From Candidatus Parcubacteria bacterium (GTDB taxonomy: Bacteria > Patescibacteriota > Patescibacteriia > UBA1558 > GWA2-36-10): 64,000 bases of DNA. The notes beneath the pieces were generated by a model. The model had not been told where the DNA came from. It made no database searches and saw only the letters and a list, made by a program, of their open reading frames with translations. The DNA lies in contig JABHSK010000007.1 in the NCBI GenBank assembly GCA_018669975.1, forward strand, positions 128,390-192,389, written 5' to 3'. Within the stretch, counting starts at the first letter, position 1. Each line of letters starts with the position of its first letter. The position numbers and the translations under genes are program-made. This document shows positions 56,540 to 64,000 of the stretch, piece after piece.

Positions 56540-57385
56540 TTATTTTTGTAATAATTTTGTACCGATGATGTTGGGTTTTTGTAATTTAGATACCTTTATG
56601 GGTATCGGTTTAAATAAAATTTTATTCTTTATTTCTTTTTCCATAGATTGATGGAAAAATTTCCAGGCTTTGCTTATTTGTCCACCTAAAATAATAATTT
56701 CAGGATCATAGGCATGTATAATGGAAATAATACCTAAACCTAATTGTTGTCCAAACTCTTGCCATAGTCGCAAAGCTTTTTTGTTACCTTGTTTGGCTAG
56801 ATTGTATAAAGCTAAACCATCACCAGTGTTGAGTTTATATTTTTTTCCTAGACGTTTTAGTGCTCGACTGCCAGCATATTCTTCAAAGCAGCCTGTATTT
56901 CCACAAACACATTTAGGTCCATTAAAATTAAGGCTAACATGACCGAATTCGGAAGCACCTCCTCTGCCATGATATATTTTTTTGTCTACCACTACGCCAC
57001 AGCCCACTCCTGTTCCTAAGGTCAGAGCTACGACTATTGAGTATTTTTTTCCTTGCCCAATTATTGCTTCGGATAGGGCAAAGACGTCTGCGTCATTATT
57101 AAAAAATACTGGCACCTTGAATTTCTTCTCTAAAATATTTTTAATCTCTTTACCACTTAGTTTAATATTGGCTCTTGTGGTCGGCCAACCTAGTCCGATG
57201 CCAGACAGTTTATTGTTACCAAGTAGCTCTTCGGCAACCTTGATGACATTTTTGGCAACCTGTTTTTTACCTAGATTATTTTGAGTTGGATGAGATTTTA
57301 AAGATAGCACAGTGTATTCTTTTGATATTAAAGCACCCTCTATATTTGTACCGCCTACATCAAATCCAATAAAAGCTTTTCTCAT
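56540..57385 (-). CDS. ROK-family sugar kinase
   Basis: DVGGT, NDA, LGTGVG, EFGH, C.CG..GCFE. Confidence 0.92.
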   Translation of the reverse strand: MRKAFIGFDVGGTNIEGALISKEYTVLSLKSHPTQNNLGKKQVAKNVIKVAEELLGNNKLSGIGLGWPTTRANIKLSGKEIKNILEKKFKVPVFFNNDADVFALSEAIIGQGKKYSIVVALTLGTGVGCGVVVDKKIYHGRGGASEFGHVSLNFNGPKCVCGNTGCFEEYAGSRALKRLGKKYKLNTGDGLALYNLAKQGNKKALRLWQEFGQQLGLGIISIIHAYDPEIIILGGQISKAWKFFHQSMEKEIKNKILFKPIPIKVSKLQKPNIIGTKLLQK

Positions 57386-57510
57386 AAAAGTTTTTATTTA
57401 ATAAACTTATTTTTATTATACCAAAAAAGTGGTCTTTATGGTATTGCTAAAAATTTGTGTCAAAATAAAAAACACCCTGCGATTTCACTTAAGGTGTTTT
57501 TTAATAAAAA

Positions 57511-59673
57511 CTATAACTTTATGTTTCTAATTCTAATACTGTTAGTAACTACGGATACACTACTAAAACTCATAGCAGCGGCAGCTATCATAGGGTTAAG
57601 TAAGCCAATGGCTGCTAGAGGTATAGCAATTATATTATATACAAAGGCAAAAAATAAATTTTGCTTGATAGTTTTGAAAGTCTTTTTAGATAGATTGATA
57701 GCACTGATTACAGCCATAGGGTCACTTTTCATTAATACTATATTTCCGCTCTCCATGGCAATATCAGTGCCGCTACCAATAGCAATACCTAAATCAGCCA
57801 AAGTTAGAGCTGGTGCATCATTAATGCCATCACCAACAAAAGCGATTACCTTTCCTTTTTTCTGTAGCCTTTTAATATGCTCTACCTTTTGATCGGGTAA
57901 AACTTCAGCTATGACTTTTTTGATGCCTAGTTGTCTGGCAATAGCCTGAGCTGTTAGCTTATGATCACCTGTTAACATGTAAACCTCAGTAGTTTCTTGT
58001 AATTCAGCAATGGCCTGCTTTGATGTTTTTCTGATAATATCAGCCACAGCAATAACGCCGACCATTTTTTTGTCAGCTACAAAATAAATTGGTGTTTTAC
58101 CCTGACTGGCGTATTCATCAAAAGCTACTTTGTAGACAGGATTTATTTCTATTTTTAAATCATTTATTAATTCTGTGTTACCCAAGTATAGCTCCTTTTT
58201 ACCCACTATACCCCTTACACCCTTTCCTCTAATGGCTTCCACTTGAGATGCTTTGGTTAATTTTAGATTATTATCCTGACTATATTTTACAAAAGCTTTA
58301 GCCAAAGAATGTTCACTACTAGTCTCTAATGAACAGGCCAAGGCCATTAGCTCGCTGGTTGAAAAATCATGACTGGTAGTATTTGTGTCTGTGATAGCGG
58401 GCCTACCTTCTGTAAGTGTGCCTGTTTTGTCAAAAACAACTGCATCTACTTTATGAGCTATTTCTAGGCTCTGTGAATCTTTGATTAAAATTCCGTTTGA
58501 GGCTCCTTTGCCAGAACCAACCATAATAGCAGTGGGTGTAGCTAGACCTAAGGCACATGGACAAGCAATTACGATGACTGCTACAGCGTTTATTAAACTA
58601 ATTTCAAAGCCAGCATTTAACAACCAAAACCAAACTATAAAAGTGAGTATAGAAATAGCGATTACAGTCGGTACAAAAATACTAGACACCTTGTCAGCTA
58701 GTTTTTGGATGGGTGCTTTAGAAGCCTGAGCGTCCTCTACTAGTTTAATAATTTGTGATAAAACTGTATCTTTACCAACCTTGTTTATTTTTACTTTAAT
58801 AACTCCATTATTATTAATGGTAGCGCCATAGACCTGGCTACCTGGTTTCTTTTCTACTGGGATACTTTCACCAGTTAACATGGATTCATCAATGCCAGTT
58901 TCACCTTCTATAATTTCACCGTCCAGGGGTATTTTTTCACCTGCTTTAATTATAACAATATCTCCTATTTTTATAGTATCAATGTCTTTTTTTATTTCTT
59001 TACCAGTTACTAAAACTGTAGCCTTTTTTGCTCCTAAAGATAATAATTGCTTGATAGCTGTGGAAGCTCTACCTTTACTTTTTTCTTCTAGGTATTTACC
59101 TAATAAAATTAAAGTGACAATAGTAGCAGCTGTTTCAAAATAGACATGATTACCTGAGAACATAGCGTATAGGCTGTAGAAAAAAGCAGATAAGGTACCA
59201 ATGGATATTAAAGTGTCCATATTTGACTTAAATTGTTTGAGTTGCAACAACATGCCTTTGTGAAATTGCCAACCAATAACAAATACAACTATTATAGTCA
59301 AAAATCCCATAATCCATTTTTCTAGAGCAACACCGATAAGACTTAGATTGAAGCTCGGTGTATAGAACATGGACATGAATAATGGTAGTGTGAAAATAAA
59401 TGACCAAATAAATTTTTTATAGGATTTTTTAGTTAGATTCATGTCGGCCTGTTGGTCGCTGTCATCTATCACTTTGTAATCCCCGGCTTTCTTGATAGCC
59501 TCTTCTATGTCCTCCTGACTAACTTTATTGGCATCAAATTCTACTTTAGCTTGATTATTAGCATAGTTGACACTAGCACTTTTTATACCTGGCTTTTTTT
59601 TGATAGTTTTTTCAATACTTAAAGCACAGGAAGCACAGTGCATGCCTGATATTTTTAAATTTACGTCCTCCAT
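57511..59673 (-). CDS. copA: Cu(I)-translocating P1B ATPase
   Basis: GMHCASC HMA domain, TGES, CPCALGLATP, DKTGT, GDGINDAP, YN/MSFSS. Confidence 0.93.
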   Translation of the reverse strand: MEDVNLKISGMHCASCALSIEKTIKKKPGIKSASVNYANNQAKVEFDANKVSQEDIEEAIKKAGDYKVIDDSDQQADMNLTKKSYKKFIWSFIFTLPLFMSMFYTPSFNLSLIGVALEKWIMGFLTIIVVFVIGWQFHKGMLLQLKQFKSNMDTLISIGTLSAFFYSLYAMFSGNHVYFETAATIVTLILLGKYLEEKSKGRASTAIKQLLSLGAKKATVLVTGKEIKKDIDTIKIGDIVIIKAGEKIPLDGEIIEGETGIDESMLTGESIPVEKKPGSQVYGATINNNGVIKVKINKVGKDTVLSQIIKLVEDAQASKAPIQKLADKVSSIFVPTVIAISILTFIVWFWLLNAGFEISLINAVAVIVIACPCALGLATPTAIMVGSGKGASNGILIKDSQSLEIAHKVDAVVFDKTGTLTEGRPAITDTNTTSHDFSTSELMALACSLETSSEHSLAKAFVKYSQDNNLKLTKASQVEAIRGKGVRGIVGKKELYLGNTELINDLKIEINPVYKVAFDEYASQGKTPIYFVADKKMVGVIAVADIIRKTSKQAIAELQETTEVYMLTGDHKLTAQAIARQLGIKKVIAEVLPDQKVEHIKRLQKKGKVIAFVGDGINDAPALTLADLGIAIGSGTDIAMESGNIVLMKSDPMAVISAINLSKKTFKTIKQNLFFAFVYNIIAIPLAAIGLLNPMIAAAAMSFSSVSVVTNSIRIRNIKL

Positions 59674-59688
59674 ATATTTTTTGTTTAG

Positions 59689-61020
59689 TTATTCTACTAT
59701 AAATTTACCACGCACCATTCCCATCCAACAACTAAAACTAAGGTTGCCTTTTTTTGACGGAGTAAACTCAATAATGTTTTCTCCCTGGTAAAGACTTTTT
59801 CTAATGTCTAGGTCTGGTACAATAATTTCATTGGTACAACCTGATATTTGTTGTACATCGATAATCCATTTTACTGGTACGCCCTGCTTTATTTTGAATA
59901 CACTGGGGCTATAACCTCGATAGTTAACAGCCATGTTAATAATTTGAGCGTCAGCTTGACTAACAGCAGTGCCAATTTCTTTTGATGTCCAAAAGTTGAT
60001 ATCTATACCTCTCAGGGCCAATCCAGAAGACATGGTGTAAAAAGCAAAAACCAAAACTAGGATACCAATAGCTTTTTGGAAAACAACAGTTTTCATATTT
60101 TTAAAACGAGTAGTAGCCACTCCTAAACCAAATAGAACCGGTAAGGTGCCAAAGGCAAAAAGAAACATAGTCATACCGCCAGTAAAGAAACTTCCAGTGG
60201 ACATGGCAAATAGCTGAATGCTTTGGGTAAAGCCGCAAGGTAGAAAAAAAGTAAATCCACCTAGTATAACTGGAGCTAGTGCATGTTCTGATTCTTGTAG
60301 TTTTTTCCAAGTACCCATACTCTTTTTTGGCATTCTAATACCTAAGGTACTGAGAGACGGTACAAATCCTAAAATATTTAAAGCTAGCCATAGTAAGATG
60401 ATAGCAATAAAAACTGTAAACCAGCTCATAAAGTTTTCAGAAATATTAAACCAAGAACCGAGCATACCCAAGAGTCCACCCAATAGGAAGAAGGTTAGTA
60501 AGCGACCAAAGTGAAATAGTAGGTGTGGCTTTAAATTTCTTTGATAAAAAGAACCCTGAGCCTGATATTTAGTAGCAAAAGACATAACAACTGCCCCGAC
60601 CACTACCAAGCAACTAGATAATGAAGCGACAATTCCGATAATAAAAGAGGCACCGTAATTGATGTTACTGAGGTCGGTTTCTAGCCAATCAAGTAAGCCA
60701 ATCCACTGCAAATATCTATAGACTAAATATATACCCACTACCACTAAAACAGAATAAAACCATTGTTCAGCGGTGACTTTTTCTTTTTTCTTTTTAAGCG
60801 GCTCTAGAGAAGCCTCATAACCCAATTTTTTTATTTTTTCTATAATTTCTGGCCAATGTAACTTAGAACCTTCGTGTTCTATTTTAGCTGTGCCTTCACG
60901 ACAGCTAACTTTAGTACATTTGATACTTTCGATTTCTTGTAAAGAATCTGATATCAATACTTCGCAAGAAGTGCAGGTCATACCCGCTATATAAACTACT
61001 TTGTTATTTTTATTTTTCAT
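59689..61020 (-). CDS. HMA + DsbD/TauE-like TM + cupredoxin-like protein
   Basis: GMTCTSC; SSCL, LPCGFTQ; C-terminal FSCWMGM. Confidence 0.8.
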   Translation of the reverse strand: MKNKNNKVVYIAGMTCTSCEVLISDSLQEIESIKCTKVSCREGTAKIEHEGSKLHWPEIIEKIKKLGYEASLEPLKKKKEKVTAEQWFYSVLVVVGIYLVYRYLQWIGLLDWLETDLSNINYGASFIIGIVASLSSCLVVVGAVVMSFATKYQAQGSFYQRNLKPHLLFHFGRLLTFFLLGGLLGMLGSWFNISENFMSWFTVFIAIILLWLALNILGFVPSLSTLGIRMPKKSMGTWKKLQESEHALAPVILGGFTFFLPCGFTQSIQLFAMSTGSFFTGGMTMFLFAFGTLPVLFGLGVATTRFKNMKTVVFQKAIGILVLVFAFYTMSSGLALRGIDINFWTSKEIGTAVSQADAQIINMAVNYRGYSPSVFKIKQGVPVKWIIDVQQISGCTNEIIVPDLDIRKSLYQGENIIEFTPSKKGNLSFSCWMGMVRGKFIVE

Positions 61021-61027
61021 CCCCTTT

Positions 61028-61309
61028 TTATTTATTAGATAACTTATTAAGTTGTAAAATTTCATTAATCATACTTTTTTGTTGTTTGCTATTACCAGAA
61101 TCCATAGCAGCCTTAAAACAACTATTAAGATGACTTTCTAGAAGATTTTGATTGATAGATTTTAGGAGTCCAATGACGGCCAAGTTTTGTTGCATAATAT
61201 CAACGCAATAACGACCCTCTTCTTTCATGTCAATTATTTTAGTAATTAAACCATGAGCCTTTTTTAAACTAACTAGTGTTTTATCCGGAGTTTTTTTTAC
61301 TTTAGTCAT
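61028..61309 (-). CDS. csoR: CsoR/RcnR metal-sensing repressor
   Basis: YCVDIMQQ...HLNSC metal ligands; heads the copper operon. Confidence 0.85.
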   Translation of the reverse strand: MTKVKKTPDKTLVSLKKAHGLITKIIDMKEEGRYCVDIMQQNLAVIGLLKSINQNLLESHLNSCFKAAMDSGNSKQQKSMINEILQLNKLSNK

Positions 61310-61332
61310 AAATTCTTTATGTAATTAATATT

Positions 61333-61355
61333 TACCTGTACCTGGGGTATAGGTA
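61333..61355. promoter_or_regulatory. Probable CsoR operator just downstream of promoter TTGACA-17-TATTAT (61357-61385, -)
   Basis: TACCTGTACC-TGG-GGTATAGGTA inverted repeat with G-tract. Confidence 0.65.
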
Positions 61356-61435
61356 TATAATACTATCCTCTATTTTTATTGTCAACACAAAAAAATACAA
61401 ATAAAAAAGCGCACTAATGTAGTACGCTAGATATT

Positions 61436-61606
61436 TTAGGAGGGGTTGATAGCCACTTGAGGGTCATCATCTTCATCAGCAAGGCACTCGGCTACGTACA
61501 GCAGCCAATCAATATCACATTTTCAGGTTGGTGTAGTAAAGCAACCATGCCAGCCGGTGCCATCCCAAGTTTCACCACCACAATCGGGGCAATCAAAGAC
61601 AGCCAT
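61436..61606 (-). other. Cys-rich small ORF with in-frame TGA (27 aa, or 56 aa if read through)
   Basis: AGGAG SD; MAVFDCPDCGG...HGCFTTPT*KCD...; terminator 61403-61428. Confidence 0.45.
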
Positions 61607-61661
61607 TTTAACGCTCCTTTATTTTTAGTGGGTTTATAGAACGAAACTCACTACAAAATTA

Positions 61662-62063
61662 TCATACTTTCCAGACAAAATCAATTAGTAAGCCAGCAAT
61701 TAATGCAATGCCTGATAGGATAAAAATTATATAATAGTTATATCTTTCTTTGGAGGAAACTAAGGTTTTTAATATATAACCTAAAGCTTCGTTGTCTTCT
61801 TTATTTAATTCATCAAGAGTGTTTGCGTCTAGTTTTTCTCTGAGTCTATGTTTAACAATAAGGGCAGATCTTTTTTTGGAAATATCAAAACGATGGATAA
61901 AGTAAATAATAAAACCAACAGTACCGATGTACCAGGATATTTTGACCCAGGTAGTGTTGTAGAAATTGAGTACGATGATTATTCTATAAGCTAAGGTAGC
62001 TATTACTCCAGCCCAAAAATAGAATAAGCGTAATGATTTAGAGCTTGTTTTTGTATTTTCCAT
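61662..62063 (-). CDS. Hypothetical 3-TM membrane protein
   Basis: Hydrophobic segments. Confidence 0.75.
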   Translation of the reverse strand: MENTKTSSKSLRLFYFWAGVIATLAYRIIIVLNFYNTTWVKISWYIGTVGFIIYFIHRFDISKKRSALIVKHRLREKLDANTLDELNKEDNEALGYILKTLVSSKERYNYYIIFILSGIALIAGLLIDFVWKV

Positions 62064-62079
62064 AAATAATCTATTTTAA

Positions 62080-62739
62080 TTATTTAGTTGCCACCACTAA
62101 CCATTGGCCAGTTTTGTCCGCTGTCATTTTTATATTTTTAAATTTAGCAAACATTTCCTCTATTTCTTGTTTAGTATAAAAACCATGCGGTATCCCCTTT
62201 TCAGGGCCAATCAATGGTTCGGCTGTATTGTCATCAAGCATCCTATGTTTTTTAAAAGTTCGCCAAGTGTTTATACATTTTTTGTCAGGAATAGTGATAA
62301 AAGTTTTGCCTTCGAGTAATAATGCCTCGTGTACTTGATTTATTAGTTTGCTCAAATCTTTTTTAAAGCCGTGATTAATGGTTGAAATAGAAATTATTAG
62401 ATCATATTTATTTGGACTTATGTTCATATTAAACATATCCGCCTTTTTAATGCTGCCAGCTTTATCACCTAGAGCCTGTTTAGTTGTTTCTACTGAAGTT
62501 TGACTAGAGTCAACACCGTCTGTTTGCCAGCCTAAAGCAGATAAGTAAATTAGATACCTACCTTCTCCACAACCAATATCAAAGACAGACTTATTTTTGA
62601 ATTTAGTTTTAGCAATAAAGTTTACGAATAATGGATTAATATCCTCTGTAAAACAATAAGGCATTACGCCATCATTAATATCTTTCCATTTTTGGCCGCC
62701 TTTATTGACTGCTTTGTAGATTTTATCCCAATTTGGCAT
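62080..62739 (-). CDS. Class I SAM-dependent methyltransferase
   Basis: VFDIGCGEGR motif I; start placed at ATG 62739. Confidence 0.88.
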   Translation of the reverse strand: MPNWDKIYKAVNKGGQKWKDINDGVMPYCFTEDINPLFVNFIAKTKFKNKSVFDIGCGEGRYLIYLSALGWQTDGVDSSQTSVETTKQALGDKAGSIKKADMFNMNISPNKYDLIISISTINHGFKKDLSKLINQVHEALLLEGKTFITIPDKKCINTWRTFKKHRMLDDNTAEPLIGPEKGIPHGFYTKQEIEEMFAKFKNIKMTADKTGQWLVVATK

Positions 62740-62746
62740 GTTTATA

Positions 62747-63808
62747 TTATTTTTCTCTAGACCCAATCTTTGATGTTCTTTCAAAACGATCAAGTTCTTC
62801 CGTGACTCTGCCTCTGTCAGAACTATCTAAACTAGGATCCTTTTCTTGTTTTAGAAGACTATGATATCTATCTCTCTCATGCTGGGCTAGGCCTGTCATT
62901 TCTGTCATCTTTCTTTCATTGGCTACGCCGGCTTTAGCATATTCGTCTATTTCTTGTTGCCGTTTGGCAATTTGCCTATCTGTTTCTAGCGCGTCTTCAT
63001 GCTGTCTTTGTCTTCTAATTTGTGTAGCCTCAAAATCTGCCTTATCCGCCTTTTTGCGCTCTTTAGCATAGCTATCATCTTCACGTGCTTGTTCAGTCCA
63101 ACCTAAGACTTCCAAGCCTCTTTCCTCAGCTTGAGCATACAATTCTTTTAGCTTTGCTCTAAGTTCATGTACTTCTGGCACTTTTTCTGCGTCAATATAT
63201 TTCCTGACTAGCGTAGTATATTCTCTGTTCATAGTCTCAATTTTACTTAGCAGCTTTGAGTCTTCGCTTTCTTTTTGTTCTTGCGGAGTTAAGACTTCAA
63301 GGTTTCTCTTTTCGGCTTCTCTAAATGCTTCCCGCCTTTCTTTTTTTCTTTTATTTTTTTCGCCAAAAGCATGGCCCGTTCTAAATCCTCCGATGTCTTT
63401 TTTCTTCCCATGAAGTAAGGCCCTGTAGTGCCCTATAGATTCTCCGTGCTCTTCTCTTTTCTTATTTAAATGATCTGATAATTCTTCGTCATCCATATCT
63501 TTTAGATCTTTTCCCAAAACTGCCACTTTTAGTTTTTCGGCAGTTGTTGCAGCTAAATCTCTAATTTTATCTCCTACTTCAGACATTTTTGTTTGAGCAG
63601 TCTCTAGTAGACTTGGACCATCATCTACTTCTTCAGCTTTAATTCCGGCCATTGCTTCACCTAATAAGTTTTCACCATCATCAATAGCGCCCTCAGATGT
63701 TTCATTTACCCTGGCTTCTGTGGATTCTAAAGACTCTACGTTGGTATCCGCTCCTGATTCGGCAGCCATTTCTTGTTCAGCTGGAATATCCTCTCCAAAT
63801 TTTTTCAT
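62747..63808 (-). CDS. Hypothetical charged coiled-coil protein
   Basis: 353-aa E/K/R-rich ORF. Confidence 0.75.
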   Translation of the reverse strand: MKKFGEDIPAEQEMAAESGADTNVESLESTEARVNETSEGAIDDGENLLGEAMAGIKAEEVDDGPSLLETAQTKMSEVGDKIRDLAATTAEKLKVAVLGKDLKDMDDEELSDHLNKKREEHGESIGHYRALLHGKKKDIGGFRTGHAFGEKNKRKKERREAFREAEKRNLEVLTPQEQKESEDSKLLSKIETMNREYTTLVRKYIDAEKVPEVHELRAKLKELYAQAEERGLEVLGWTEQAREDDSYAKERKKADKADFEATQIRRQRQHEDALETDRQIAKRQQEIDEYAKAGVANERKMTEMTGLAQHERDRYHSLLKQEKDPSLDSSDRGRVTEELDRFERTSKIGSREK

Positions 63809-63821
63809 AATAAAAAATAAA

Positions 63822-63977
63822 TTATAAATTCTCTCTTAACTTTGCTAATTTTTTTTGCTCTACTTCATTAATAAAATCATTGATGATTTTTGACTGCTCT
63901 TTTTTGAGTGCATTAAGCCTAACTATATATTCATCATAGATATTTTGTAGCTGTTCTTGTTGATCTTTTTCGGGCAT
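63822..63977 (-). CDS. 51-aa coiled-coil small protein (absent from ORF track)
   Basis: MPEKDQQEQLQNIYDEYIVRLNALKKEQSKIINDFINEVEQKKLAKLRENL. Confidence 0.6.
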   Translation of the reverse strand: MPEKDQQEQLQNIYDEYIVRLNALKKEQSKIINDFINEVEQKKLAKLRENL

Positions 63978-64000
63978 AGTTTATTTTAATAATTTTTTTA

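Noticed and set aside
5645-62319. Many short opposite-strand ORFs in the track inside core genes
   Set aside because: Shadow ORFs overlapping well-supported genes, with no expression signals
1-64000. CRISPR array, IS elements, tRNAs, genome-wide stop reassignment
   Set aside because: No spaced direct repeats, transposases or tRNA cloverleaves seen by eye; core ORFs are full length in code 11 and TGA serves as a stop (e.g. alr)

Overview
This is an AT-rich bacterial chromosome segment in genetic code 11. It is most consistent with a Patescibacteria/CPR (Parcubacteria-like) genome; that is inferred from gene content, a short uL13 and AlaRS, and SD-less core genes. Bases 1-24 kb are mainly + strand housekeeping genes: ftsW-murG-ppa-murC-murB, the infA-rpmJ-rpsM-rpsK-rpsD-rpoA-rplQ-rplM-rpsI operon, a flippase/glycosyltransferase cluster, lysS-rdgB-cyclophilin-serS-alr-ftsQ and a Xer recombinase with an adjacent dif-like site. 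After about 24 kb the coding strand flips to mostly -, consistent with the replication terminus. That half carries gltX, def/fmt, pyrD, secA, hpf, alaS, a sugar locus and a copper locus. Scattered among the core genes are self-contained transcription units with one shared layout: near-consensus sigma70 promoter, boxA-like 10-mer, then either an SD-led orphan ORF or a structured non-coding RNA, then an intrinsic terminator. At least six such units appear to be ncRNAs. The most striking (about 52.8-53.06 kb) is a stand-alone RNA holding a near-exact copy of the 23S rRNA L1 stalk (H77-H78) and the G2057-G2069 peptidyl-transferase strand. It is closed by its own 13-bp helix and sits beside a small alarmone-hydrolase gene. 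All structures were folded by eye and reference sequences were recalled from memory; no searches were run.
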